A stretch of DNA of 64,000 nt, from the NCBI RefSeq assembly GCF_006345805.1, contig NC_043009.1, forward strand, positions 12,276,001 through 12,340,000, written 5' to 3'. Both the position numbers and the translations under genes were made by a program. This stretch comes from Octopus sinensis. Lineage: Eukaryota. This document shows positions 13,461 through 27,444 of this stretch, piece after piece (position 1 is the first letter of the stretch; every line of letters begins with the position of its first letter). A model generated the notes under the pieces. That model was not told the DNA's origin, did no database searches, and saw nothing but the letters and a program-made list of their open reading frames with translations.

Positions 13461-14688
13461 TTATTTTGAAATTTTAGTCAATGTTTGATCTAACGCCTGA
13501 TGGAAGCAATCTTTATCAGATTGTATAGAGGCTAACTGACCTGACGGCTCCCATTAACAGAAGTACGGAATGATAGTAGCTACACACTGACGTCAACCAG
13601 TGCCTCAATCAGTTAAGGTAGAACACTGCTTAATAAGTGAAGGGGACAAGGCAGAATCGCTTGAGACGCTTTGGCAAGGGGACAAAGGTATCGAGTTCGA
13701 CCTGATTACTTAATATTTTGAGCAAGTGTCTTGACCATGACATTGCGTCAGCCTGTGCCAAACGGAAATATAGAAACACGTCAGATGAAGTGATGTACTA
13801 GTAATTCATAGGTCCGGTTCCATTATACTATTTCATGCTGACTCCACCTGAGAATTACGTCAAGGGTACACGTGTCCTCGGAATACTCAGTCACTTGCAT
13901 GTTAGTATGTTCAACTGATCGAACAACTGATATTCGTCGATGAAACCGGTGGAAGATTCATCCGTGTTACATTCTAAGAATAATTCCGTTATATTTATTT
14001 ATAACAATTTTTTTTGTCTCTTATCCACAGCAACTTTGCATGATACGCTATCCTCGATATCTAGATATTTATTTGTAGCAGATGTTTTCTTGAACATTAA
14101 AGATAAGGAGACCATTGATATGTAATGGTCTTAGATTTGGAAAACGGTTTTCTACGTTCAACTATCAGATATGAACATTTCTTTTGGCCAAGTCCCATCC
14201 CAGACTTATATCAGCTAAAACTGTAGTTATTAAATCCATATGTTTCTCAGAATTGTAAATATTTGCTGTATAGATCATTACTTCATCCATAAAGAAATTA
14301 TAAGTAACATTAATGTCTTTTACTGATGTAAAATCTAACACATAACCAATGAAATGTTGCTACATAAATGACTGGTGCGTATGATCAGAGCGATATTTTT
14401 CGTGTAAATTCCAGCGTCTGCATCGGTAATGACTTGCTTATGCTTGGGATTATAGCGATCCCATGTTAGCACTAGATACCTTACACCAGCTTGTCTCTGG
14501 ACCTTGTCAGTAGGGTGTAGAGGGTCTAAGAGGTGTCGTGCAAACGTTATTGGACCTAAAATTTTGCACGGGTATTGCTGACATTGTACAGGGGCAATGG
14601 CTATCGAGGACTTTTCTCGGTCGCGAGAGGACAGCTACCTGATATGTATATATATATATGATATGTATATATATATATATATATATAA

Positions 14689-14772
<84 letters not shown>

Positions 14773-14831
14773 CCCAGGAAACCCTGGGTACCTGTATTTC
14801 ACAAGACTTGTGGTTTTCCTTATGCACGTAA

Positions 14832-14864
<33 letters not shown>

Positions 14865-15248
14865 ATATGTGTGTGTGTGTGTTGTGTGGTGTGTGTGTGT
14901 GTGTGTGTGTGTATGTATATGCATGCATAATACATAAACACACTTACGCACGCGCGCGCACGCACGCACACACACACACATATATATATCAATATGGATG
15001 CATGCATGTATCTCTGTAAGAACATGCATGTAAGGGTGGAGAAAAAGGCACATTGATTTCTTTACTGAGTAAAAGTACAGAGTTGAATTATAAATGCTTT
15101 TACATTACAAATTTGATACTTCATTTAGACGAAAGGGAACCCCTATCACACAGCGAAGAGGATGAAACTATCATCCTTTATGCACACGTATACATACATC
15201 ATTATATATATAATATATATATATATATTATATATATATATATTTATT

Positions 15249-15286
<38 letters not shown>

Positions 15287-17251
15287 AAGAGAGGCAGAGA
15301 GAGAGAAAGAGAGAGAGAGAGAGGGATACATACATATATACATACATACATATATACATACATACATACATATATACATGCATACATACATACATACATA
15401 CAAACATACATACATACATACATACATATATACATACATACATACAAACATACATACATACATACATATATACATACGTACATACATACATGCATGCATA
15501 CATACATACATACATACATACATACATACATACATACATACATACATGCATGCATGCATACACTCATTCATGCATACACTCATACATACAAAGATACATA
15601 CATACATACATACATATATACATACATATATACATACATGTATGTAATACATTTACGCCTGATAGAGGCGAATGTATACAAATGCCTCCGTGTATATTTA
15701 TACACACTTCACACACACAAATATCAGTTTTCATCTATACATATGCAAACAAAATTCATACATTCGTTTACCACTGAAGCATGAAAAGAAATAATAGATT
15801 TGTTTTCGTTTATTTCACTAACTTCTTTCCAATTTTTTCTTTAGTTTCTCTTATTGTGAATGTGTGTCACCCCTAAGTTGTCAGGCAGAGTGACTTGTAA
15901 GTGAAACCGTCATCAAGATTATGAGTCATCAAATGTCCGACACAATGAAACTACGAAGAACGTTGTCTGCAATGTAGAAAGGAGTTAAGTCCCACCACTC
16001 AATGGGAAAAGTTTCCTCGTCATAACAAGTAATGTAATATGACCAGAATCAAAATAACTGATGCTTCAATGCATTGGACCGTATAATCCTTGTTACTGAA
16101 GGCACAAGGTCTGAAAATTTGGAGGGAGGAGACTAGTCGATGTTGCTAATGTTCAACTAGTACCTATTTCATCGGCCCCTACAAGGCGAAAGGCAAATCG
16201 ACCACAGCGGAATTTGAATGAAATGCCGCCAAGCATTTGGTCTAGCATGATAAAGATTATAAAATATCTACGCTGAAGCCGACTGAAGGATATCTATTAA
16301 ATATATCCACCAAACTCTCACTCTTAGACCAAACTGATTCTGAATGTAGCAGACGTTCAGATAAAAATCACGATATTTACTGTTCGCCAAGTAGTTTCTT
16401 TTGCTATTCATTTTGCTTCCAGTTTTACTGTAGGAATTTGATCAACTTTAACCCCGCCAATCCTTCATCTTGCATCCCTGCATCGGAAGTTTCGTGATTG
16501 ATCATGAAAAAACACATTCTAAATCACATTTTTAAAATTCTGCTCAGGAGTGCCACTGGATTCAATTAAGACTTAATTTCTCTTCCACTCCTACATGAAT
16601 CAACAGTTTATATTTCATTCTTAACCACATCCACATCATACATTCAACCCATTTCTTCCTTTTTTAACATCTCTCACCACTGCTCCATGCAAATTCTGCT
16701 TAAAAGCCTTACATAAAACCCCTTGAAAGCATTTTCAACCTGGCCTCATCCAACAGCATAAAGAATTTGTCGCAGTACTTATAATGAAAATATATTTTCA
16801 ACACAATATTTTCGATAATCACGAACATCAAACAACGAGAAATTAAACAATTGTTTCAAGTACTAACAAACTCTGACAATTTTATATGATGTTCACTCAT
16901 TAATAACACTTCCGAAGGTAAATATTTCCTCTCAGAGTCAGTACTTCTAAAATCTTTCTACTGCTCATACATAGTATACATACATATACATTAGCATACA
17001 CATATATGTGAGTGTATGCTAATATCCATCCATACATATATACGTACATACGTGTGTGTGTGTGTGTGTGTGTACGTGCATGTGTGTGTGTACGTGTGTG
17101 TGTGTGTCTATATTATCTGCAAACAACTTTCAGATACGGTAGCTACCAGTTGAAAGTTTAAAAGTTCAGCATATCGAACACTAAAAGGCTTATGGAATCA
17201 TCAAAAGAGAATGCGCACCGTTTCAAAGCCTTCCTCTCTACGGTATTACTG

Positions 17252-17485
17252 TGGCGAGCTGGTAGAATCGTTAGCACGCCGGGCGAAATGCTTAGCGGTA
17301 TTTCGTCTGCCGCTACGTTCTGAGTTCAAATTCCGCCGACGTCGACTTTGCCTTTCATCCTTTCGTGGTCGATTAAATAAGTACCAGTTATGCACTGGGA
17401 TCGATGTAATCGATTTAATCCGTTTGTCTGTCCTTGTTTGTCCTCCCTGTGTTTAGCCCCTTGTTGGTAGTAAAGAAATAGGTAT
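17252..17485 (+). mobile_element. Full-length SINE (ggcgagctgg head family)
   Basis: Complete head, B-box gagttcaaatt, central gcctttcatcctttcgtggtcgat segment resembling the Meta-SINE domain, tail gtaaagaaataggtatt. Confidence 0.9.
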
Positions 17486-17499
17486 TACTGTGCACCCTC

Positions 17500-17880
17500 C
17501 ACTCTCATTGAAATAAACCTCACTACATCAACTGACCACTAGATTTCGCTCAATATTCTCTTAGCTATTGTTCATCGTCTCTTTCTAACCATATCCCGTG
17601 GTTTACCTTTTCCACTGTAGATTGGATGTCGCACATCATAGCATTCGTTATATGTTGATTTAGACTCAGCGACAACAACCATCGACTCATATTCCTTTTA
17701 AGAAATCCTCGACATCCAACTTCGATTGGATAATGTTCAGCTTTCCAGTCGTCACCTTCACATTCGTCGAGGAGAGGTTCATACCGGTCACTCTTTCGAA
17801 TCTGAGTGGCGTCCATCTCCAGCATATTATAAAGACTTACACGCAAACGTGATACGTCCCCACTTACGTCTCTTGTAATG
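17500..17880 (-). mobile_element. 3' fragment of a HERO-like (RLE-type) non-LTR retrotransposon
   Basis: ORF 17565-17846 has RKSDRYEPLLDEC..W...YPIEVGCRGF..........W.ER, matching the K..KY / PIEVGCRGF restriction-like endonuclease C-terminus of R2-superfamily HERO elements. Confidence 0.75.
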
Positions 17881-18039
17881 CCACGTTACATCGTTCTCTG
17901 CCACTCTGAACTTATATATGAGCTGTTTCACACGATACACCTACTACTCATCCTCTTATTTTCTATGAAATGTCTGAACTGAAAATTATATGACTAACAA
18001 TTTATTTAATACATCTCTCTTTTTTACTCTTACTTTTTT

Positions 18040-18422
18040 ACTTGTTTCAGTCATTTGACTGCGGCCATGCGGGAGCACCGCCTTTAGTCGAGCAAATCGA
18101 CCCCGGGACTTATTCTTTGTAAGCCCAGTACTTATTCTATCGGTCTCTTTTGCCGAACCGCTAAGTGACGGGGACGTAAACACATCAGCATCGGTTGTCA
18201 AGCAATGCTAGGGGGACAAACACAGACACACACACATACATATATATATACATATATACGACAGGCTTCTTTCAGTTTCCGTCTACCAAATCCACTCACA
18301 AGGCATTGGTCGGCCCGGGGCTATAGCAGAAGACACTTGCCCAAGATGCCACGCAGTGGGACTGAACCCGGAACCATGTGGCTGGTTAGCAAGCTACTTA
18401 CCACACAGCCACTCCTGCGCCT
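18040..18422 (-). mobile_element. Full-length CORE-type SINE
   Basis: Near-identical to 13060-13460. Confidence 0.9.
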
Positions 18423-19121
18423 ACAGCTGTTTCATTTGGTACTCTCTCGTCTTTCTTCTGCTTCCCTTAATGACATCAACCGATAAAATGTGAAATGAAG
18501 CCAAATTGACCAGTTCACTGCGAGGAAATCTGTAAAATATACCAACATTATTCTCTTCCTTTGATCGAGTAAAATCACCTTCTCTGTTCTTTGCAATATG
18601 AAATAGCACTAGAAGATGAGGAATCGACGAAAAAGCATAGACTTCTCTGCTTAAGTGGCTGAGAATGTATAATTCTATAACGTTTGAGCCCGATAATATA
18701 CTAAGCGAAAAGGGAGAACCCCATACTAAGATGACAGAATGTAGAGTACCAGGCAAAAGTAGAAAGTAAGATAGAGTTCTATTGTAAGATGCCACTCTAA
18801 TTAGTGGTGTTCATTCATTTTGTTAGTTAAATTCGTATTACATATAGGTTTAGTTGGTTAGCAGACCTAGAATTGTATCCACTTTAATTCCTAGGAAAGG
18901 AAAAGTTTAAGAAGAAATAATATCAATAGATGAGGTGATTAATCTATTGCTTGTTTTTATTGGAATGATCAAATAATGACCTGTTTCTAAAAGATTATAC
19001 CGACTCTGGTTCATGACTAGTAGTTATTTTATCGATTGATAAAGGGAAAACCTTGCAGAGCGAATCCCGACTATGAAGGCGAAATCAAATTCAATACTTA
19101 CAAACTAAATGAATAGGTACT

Positions 19122-19679
19122 AAAATAGGTACTGATGCCTAGTTAAAAATAGTCAAAATAGGTACTGATGCCTAGTTTAAAATAGTTAAAATAGGTACTG
19201 ATGCCTAGTTAAAAATAGTTAAAATAGGTACTGATACCTAGTTAAATATACTTAAAATAGGTACTGATGCCTAGTTTAAAATAGTTAAAATAGGTACTGA
19301 TGCCTAGTTAAAAATAGTTAAAATAGGTACTGATACCTAGTTAAATATACTTAAAATAGGTACTGATGCCTAGTTAAAAATAGTTAAAATAGGTACTGAT
19401 GCCTAGTTAAAAATAGTTAAAATAGGTACTGATACCTAGTTAAATATACTTAAAATAGGTACTGATGCCTAGTTTAAAATAGCTAAAATAGGTACTGATG
19501 CCTAGTTAAAAATAGTTAAAATAGGTACTGATACCTAGTTAAAAATAGTTAAAATATGTACTGATGCCTAGTTTAAAATAGTTAAAATAGGTACTGATGC
19601 CTAGTTAAAAATAGTTAAAATAGGTACTGATGCCTAGTTAAAAATAGTTAAAATAGGTACTGATGCCTAGTTAAAAATA
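19122..19679. repeat. 33-bp minisatellite, 17 copies
   Basis: Unit aaaataggtactgatgcctagttaaaaatagtt; copies start every 33 nt from 19122 to 19650. Confidence 0.97.
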
Positions 19680-20317
19680 AATGAATGCCTAAATACCAAA
19701 TATCGCCTTCTTGTTTTATTTTATCCACAAATCGTAATCCGAAATCACGCCTGAATATGTTGCAAAAAAGCTAATAATTCCCACGGCTAACCCTATGGAA
19801 TTCTGATGAGCATGTTTCACAAAAGCACATTGACTCAATTAACTTACTTCTAGCTGAAACTTTAATTTTCTGGTTTTCTTTCAAAAGCAACAGAATACAA
19901 TAAATTCTTATGTTTATTTATTTTTCATTATGTTATGTGTTGTAGGAAATCTGTATTTTATGGAAATCCTTTTGGCAATAGCATGGAGAGCTGTGCTTTT
20001 ACTTCTTTCGGTTTTTTTAACACTCATTATCTCTATTCAATTGCTACCAGAAACAGTTAGTCACAGATTTTATCACACACCCATAATTTGTTCATACATG
20101 CTTTAATACTTAGTTGCAAATATATATATTATATATATTATATATATATAATATATATATATATATATAATATATATATAACATATATATATATGTGCGT
20201 GTGTGTATACATATACATGCATCTATAATACATACATATAATATATGTGCTGTGTTTATCAATTTATATATGTATATGTGTGTATAGTATATATGTACAT
20301 ACACACACACACACACA

Positions 20318-20367
<50 letters not shown>

Positions 20368-21468
20368 TACATACATATGTGTGCGTGAGGGAGGAGAGAG
20401 AGAGAAAGAGAGAGAGAGAGTGACGAAGGGGAGCAGGTGTGTGTATTTAGCGGTGGTTCTAGTTTTGATTGTACGCGCAAGCATATATATATACATACAT
20501 CCATACAAGCATACATATGTACAAACATAAATATATATATATGTATATATGGATGTATATGTATATATATATATATATATATATAGATATATATATATAT
20601 ATATATACACGTGTGAGTACATACATATTTATATATGTATATTTATGTATATATATGCACAATTATGTATCTATGTGTACATATATATATTATGTACTTA
20701 TGTATATATATATATATGTATGTATGTACTACCTATGTGCAGTTTTGAAGATGTTGCTACTCTGCTTTTTCACTCCAGTATATGGGGCTGGGTCTCTGTG
20801 TCTGAGTCTTGCGTAATACTTTTATTGCTAGACAACATGAAGTAAGTGAAATAAGGAATAGATTTGACAACGTATAAAATTTCGAACATGTGCAAGTAAT
20901 TCTGTAAAGTTGAAAACGTCTTTAAAAAAATATCACTTCGACGGCGGTTCCGCTGTTATTTATTTAAATTAATGTCTGAAGAAGAAGGGAAAAATAGACC
21001 ATTCAATGACATTTCTTATTTGAAGGAAAAATGTGTTCATTTGGTAGTCTAGTTTACTAGGGAATGATAAGATGAGGGCTTGTGTAGCGCAGAAAGTGTC
21101 TATGATTAGGGCTTGTAAAAGAAATTTGATAACAGTTTCTGTAGAACGGAGTAAATTAAATGTGTACCAGGGAGCCAAATCGTGTATTCAATTAAAACTG
21201 GCTCCGTTTATTATTTTCGTTATTTGCTTTTGCGAGGTTAAAATGGGAAATTCTACCAGTGTCATGCCATTGATATCCATGTAGATATTTCTGATTATGC
21301 GTATAATTTTAAACATGCGCAGGGCACAGTATGGGTGCGTGTATATACGTGGATGTGTACAAGCATACAATGTTACATGTTGAGAATGTATATGCATATA
21401 TAATATAATGTATGCATGTATACAATATATCTATATATATATACATATATAGATATATATATACATAC

Positions 21469-21550
<82 letters not shown>

Positions 21551-21959
21551 ATGATATGCATGTATGTATGTATGTATGTACAAGCTTCTTTGAATGTGGA
21601 AGTCTAATGGAAATAAGTACGTGGATATTCTGTAGCAATTTCTTTTGAAGCTTTTTTCTCTGATATATAATATTCATTCAAATTATTTTATTTATCAAAA
21701 TATACTGTATCTATATAACTATGTTACAACTGTATACCTACATGTAGTAATGTACTGTATAAATATATACATGCATGCATGCATACAGTCGTACGCGCAT
21801 ACAAGCTTGCATACATACATTCATACGTATATAAATACATAAATACATACCTACAAATATGGATGTATACATGTATGTGTGCGTGTATGTATGTATGTTC
21901 TTTTTGTTTTTCTTGTTTCAGCTCAGAGTTGCGGCCATGCTGATGCACCGCCGTTTTGT

Positions 21960-22268
21960 GCTACACAGTTATTACTGAGAGCCTCCTCTAATATGTGGCA
22001 CTTGGTGAAGAATGGAGTTTGCTATAGCTACTCTCATTTGCACCCCTTGCCGTGAGGTAGGTTCATCTGGGACTCTAGACAGGAAGATGTCCAGCTTTGA
22101 TTTAAAAACCGCTACATCTACTTTGTGCAAGTTCCTCACACTCTTTGGGAGAATATTAAAATTCTGTAGGCCCTTGAAATCCAGGCTGTTGCAGTAGCTG
22201 GTCCTGAAGCGTGATGGCAATGCTTGGATCTTTGGCACTATGCAGTGTCGTCTCGTTGTAGCATTGGT
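21960..22268 (-). mobile_element. 3' end of a CR1-group LINE
   Basis: Translation ...YCNSLDFKGLQNFNILPKSVRNLHKVDVAVFKSKLDIFLSRVPDEP... is the typical CR1/L2-group ORF2 C-terminus (FN.LP...R....FK..LD.FL..VPD.P). Confidence 0.75.
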
Positions 22269-22585
22269 GTAGCTTACAATACCAAAATTTGTATGTATGT
22301 ATGTATGTATGTATGTATGTATGTATGTATGTATGTATGTATGCATGTATGTATGTATGTATGTATGTATGTATGTATGTATGGTGTATGTTTGTATGTA
22401 TGTATGTATGTATGCATGTGTCGTTGTCTCCTCATTTCGGAGTGCTGGAGTGTTTCTCTCTCCGGTGGTATTTTCTTTTTATATCTGTGCCTCTTATGGC
22501 TGGGAAGACCGATATTTGCGTGGAACAATTGTCCACAGAAGTAACAACTGACAACCGGATATATATATATATATATATATATATC

Positions 22586-22665
<80 letters not shown>

Positions 22666-23047
22666 AAATGTCATAAATGATAGGGAAATGGTTTGATGAA
22701 ATTCTATTTAACAATGAGAAAACTCTAATATCATGTCAAATTGTTTCATAACTTAAAAACATGTAAACATTGTATATTATTATATCTATATATAAACTTA
22801 AAGTTCGTTTACGGGAAATATTTTACATATGCATATAAAAGCTCCCATTCTATTATGCCGGCTATAGTTTAATGATACTAACTGGCATGGCACAGGTCGG
22901 TGCGATATATATATATATAATGCAATTCGAAAAGGCTCGCCATTTACATAGATGTATAAGGTTTGAAGAGTTCCATGTGCTACGGTGGATACGACGGTTT
23001 TCTCGTCTGGTATGTTGATTTTGTTCATTCATTATATATCTTGAATC

Positions 23048-23111
23048 GCTGTACTGATGAATAAAGGACGTATCCAATACGTTAATTACGAAATCACTGG
23101 TGATATGCAGC
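23048..23111 (+). ncRNA. Type I hammerhead ribozyme fold, family B
   Basis: Helix I GCTGTA/TGCAGC; core CTGATGA 23054-60; helix II ATAA..ACGTAT-CCA-ATACGT..TTAC; GAAA 23090-93; helix III ATCAC-TG-GTGAT; AUA triplet, predicted cut after 23105. Confidence 0.85.
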
Positions 23112-23352
23112 TAAATTCTGTTTTTGGATGACTTGCTTCGAGACTTGCATTCGGTTCGATATGTTTATTTTTGTAGTTTTGACTTTAAGAGTCCCTCCTA
23201 GCGTGCGGCATTTATGTGTAATAATGTCCTATATATAATATAAATATATATTCAAGTGAAAAAATTTACAGATTTTTTCTCTTAAGAGGATTTTCACGCT
23301 AACTACTTGATAATTTCTTATGAAGGTTTTATCCTATTTTTAAATTATAAAG

Positions 23353-23383
<31 letters not shown>

Positions 23384-23815
23384 TATGTATATGTATGTAT
23401 ATATATATGTATATGTATATGTATGTATATATATTTGTTTTCCCTTCTTCGACCTCTGTTTCATCTTTCTATCTTTCTCTTCTCACCTTCATACACACAC
23501 ACACACACACACACACATACACACACAAATCCTTTAAGCCCGTTTATGTGAAATATCTATTGACTGCCCTCCTAAAAAGCTCCTGTGCTATTTCTTCCGG
23601 CTACTGCTTATTGTTCCCATCTTCCAATTTATTGCCTGAGGAAACGAACACACTTATTAATATTCCCCTTAAGATCCATGGATTTTGCAAATCATACTTG
23701 TAATATCCTATGGATGGGGAATACATCATCTCAAACATGGAGTCTGTGAAAACATACGTAAGAGTGTATTAAAGGATATACGAATTTCCATCAAAACTGG
23801 TTGTTGTTGTTGTTG

Positions 23816-23850
<35 letters not shown>

Positions 23851-23854
23851 CATT

Positions 23855-23890
<36 letters not shown>

Positions 23891-24172
23891 CATACAGGCG
23901 ACGAGATTCTTTCAGTTTCCGTCTACCAAGTCCACTCACGAGGCTTTGGTCGCCTGAAGCTATTGCAGAAAGCACTTTCCAAAGGTGTCATGCAGTGGGA
24001 CTGAACCCGGAACCATGTGGCTGGGAAGCAAATTTCTTACCACACACGCGCGCCTGTGCCTATACATATTAGACGGAAACGGTGCAGGTGCCCATTACAG
24101 ATGCACGCACACGCGCGTGTGTGTGTGTGTGTGCGTGTGTGTGTGATATAATTACATGCATCCCAACATATT

Positions 24173-24210
<38 letters not shown>

Positions 24211-24323
24211 TAGACACACACGCATACATGCACACTCGCGTATATATATAAAACTTGTCCGATATATATAAAAACAGTCTAATTTTCTCCCCTCATATAT
24301 ATATATATATACATATAAATATT

Positions 24324-24370
<47 letters not shown>

Positions 24371-24372
24371 TA

Positions 24373-24489
<117 letters not shown>

Positions 24490-25129
24490 GTATGTATGTA
24501 TGTATACATATATATGTATGTATGTAATTAGATCACACTCACATGCGCGCGTGCACCTGCAACAGGCATCTGCCCCGTTTCCGTCTACTAGATTCCACTC
24601 TCTAGGCATTGGTAAATTCAAGGTTGTGGTACTTAACACATGGCCCCCAAGTTGTAGTGGGGGTACGATGGGATCCCGGAACTACGTGATTGCCAAACGA
24701 ACGTCTTAAACAAGCTGCCTCGCCTGCGCCCCCTACCACCACCACTGCAACTGATGCCCTTCCGTTACGTTTCTCAGCAATTAGAGAAACGGTAGAAGAA
24801 AAAAAAAACAGAAAATTGCACCGCCATGTTTTACTTTGGAACTCTTGGTTTATTCATTCAGAATTGCGCTTTACCGTTATCGCATGTCCCCCCCCCCGCC
24901 CACGACACACAACAACCGTAAGGGCTGCGAGTGCTACAGTAGCTACCTCTGTTGCCAATGCTATTGATGAGGATCCGCCGAGGTCGTCTTTGCCTTTCAT
25001 CCTTTCGGGGTCGATAAATTAAGTACCAGTTACGCACTGGGGTCGATGTAATCGACTTAATACCTATGTCTGACCTTGTTTGCCCTCTCTGTGTTTAGCC
25101 CCTTGTGGGTAATAAAGAAATAGGTATTG

Positions 25130-25680
25130 ATGAGGATGAGGAGGAGGAGGGGGAGGAGGAGGTGGAGGAATTGGAAGACGAAATTGATACAGCTATTGCA
25201 ACTACATCACCACCAACAACAACAACAATTACTACTATTACTACTATGACTATGACTACTGCTACTACTGCTACTACTACTACTGTTACTACTATCATCC
25301 CTACTACCACCACCAAGTCGCCTCCACCACCAAAAACACCACCACCAAATACCTCCGCCGCCATGCCGCTCCCGCCACCACCGCCGCTGACGCTGCCGCT
25401 ACCGCCGCTGACGCTGCCGCTACCGCCGCCACTGACGCTGCCGCCACCGCCGCCGCCACCACCGCTGCCGCCACCGCTGATGCTGCCGCCACCGCCACTT
25501 CTGACGCTGACGCCACCGACGCCGCTGACGCTGACGCCACCGCCACTGATGACGCTGACGCCACCGCCGCCGCTGCCGCAACCGCCGCCGCCACCTCAGC
25601 CACTGCCGCTGCCGCCACCGCTGTCGCTACCGCTGCCGCCACCGCTGCTGTCACCACTGCCGCACCACCGCTATCATTTA
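25130..25680. repeat. Compound trinucleotide tract (GAG, ACA, ACT, CCA, CCG/CTG)
   Basis: Direct reading; directly follows a SINE tail. Confidence 0.9.
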
Positions 25681-26067
25681 TAAAAGTCAATTACCTCTTC
25701 AGGCCTTTTTCTTCTCATGGTGTCAATAACAAACTTGTGATACTCTGTAGAAAACTCTCTAAATCTTTGTCGAGCATTTGTGCAACATATTATAATATCT
25801 GACTGACCTATATTTGCAAGAAATTTTGTAAAAATCTGGACCATTTAATTGGCTTGCCTTTCCTTTAACGTACGCTCCCACAAAAAGACACCTTATGCGC
25901 TACGTAACATACAGCTTGTACATACGCACATGCAGATGCGTCCACACATATGCAAAATCGATCCTAACAAGATACTGTTCCTTCAATTCAATAAACCTTC
26001 AGATGGAATTTAGCGATGTTACATTTGGTCTCCTCCAGGTTCTTTAAGTGATGAAGACATTTTTCAA

Positions 26068-26447
26068 GGTAACCCTAGTATCGATCAACTGCATTTCAAT
26101 CTGTTTTAGGGTTAGGGTTAGTTAAGGTTAAGGTTAGGGTTAGGAGTGGGGGGAAGGGTATCTTTTTTTTCTTCACAAATGTAAATAAACTCAATCTGTT
26201 TCTTAAACGAGGGACCTATTCATACGACACAGAATGGTCTTTTTTACCTCAGTAGACGTCAGTGATTGGTTGAAATTGCAGAAATTGAAGAAAAAAAACA
26301 ACAAATATCTTACAAACTATATAATTTTCTCAATAAAGCCAAGAGAAAAAGATGTTTTATAAACACATTCTACCAGTATACGAAGTGTAAAATTTTTTAG
26401 TTACCTAGAAATTAGGTTAAAAACTGCCGTTCAAACCGAAAAGATCC
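26068..26447. mobile_element. Probable interspersed repeat carrying (TTAGGG)-like units (Helitron/HINE-like?)
   Basis: ttagggttagggttagttaaggttaaggttagggttagg at 26106-26145 inside a non-coding block; family assignment is a guess. Confidence 0.35.
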
Positions 26448-27444
26448 GAGACATGTATCCGTATCGATGAGAATTTTTCACCGGCGCCGTATCGAATTAC
26501 TGATGCTGCCAACCAACTACTTTCACCTTACACTTGAATGATACGTCTTTAATAAATATGTATTTCTTCACATAACTCATACAGTCTCATAACTTGTAAT
26601 CCGTCTAACTATAAGTAAAATTTAATAGCTGCCTGCAGACATAAGAGTCTTTTATTCAATGTATGCATCACTGATATATCCTTCTGGTAGAAAATTTATC
26701 GGTATTATATTCGCATATAAATATATCTCGTATATGATTAACTATTGCTACGTCGGTTTGACGTCACCTTAGTCACTGTATTAACTTCTCGCAAGTTGTT
26801 TGGTAATTTCTGTTTTCAACTAAGTTTATACGATCCCACTCTCATAGAAAAAGGATAATGCATGAGATTTTCGTTTAGTTATGAAAATAGAAATACGATT
26901 TAAAAACTTTGACATTCGAAACTGATATCTCTCAGAAAAAAATTGTTAAAGTTTTAACAGACATAGAATACCGATTTCAAATTTTGGCACAAGGACAGCA
27001 ATTTTGAGACTTGGCCTGAAATTTGGGGAAGGTGGATAGTCGACTGCATTAACCCCAGTGCTCAACTTGTACTTATTTTATCGACCCCGAAAGGATGAAA
27101 GGCGAAATCGACCTCGGCAGGATTTGAACTCACATCATAAATGCGGACGAAATGCTTTAAGCATTTTGTCCGGCGTGTTAACGGTCCTACCAGCTCGCCA
27201 CCTTGCAAGTGTAGAATATTGAATCCTTGTTATGGTTTCTAATTCTGGCTCACGGCCAGCAATTTTAAGGGAGTGGTAAATCGATTTCATCAGCACAATA
27301 CGTAACTGGTACTTAATTTTATTGACCCTCGTAAGTATGTCATTAGCGGGATTTGAATGCAAAACTTAAGAAATGCCACTAAGTATTTTATCGGACGCGC
27401 TAACGATTCCTCCAGTTCACCACCAGTTTAAAAAAAAAAGATTA

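Noticed and set aside
15915-15972. GAAAC-TACG..CGTT-GTC helix III-like motif
   Set aside because: No intact CUGANGA at the right spacing and no helix I
19122-19679. CRISPR-like array
   Set aside because: Units are contiguous with no unique spacers, there are no cas genes, and the context is eukaryotic
25105-25683. 192-aa proline-rich (formin/extensin-like) CDS
   Set aside because: It starts inside a SINE tail, is built wholly of trinucleotide tracts, and has no splice or domain support
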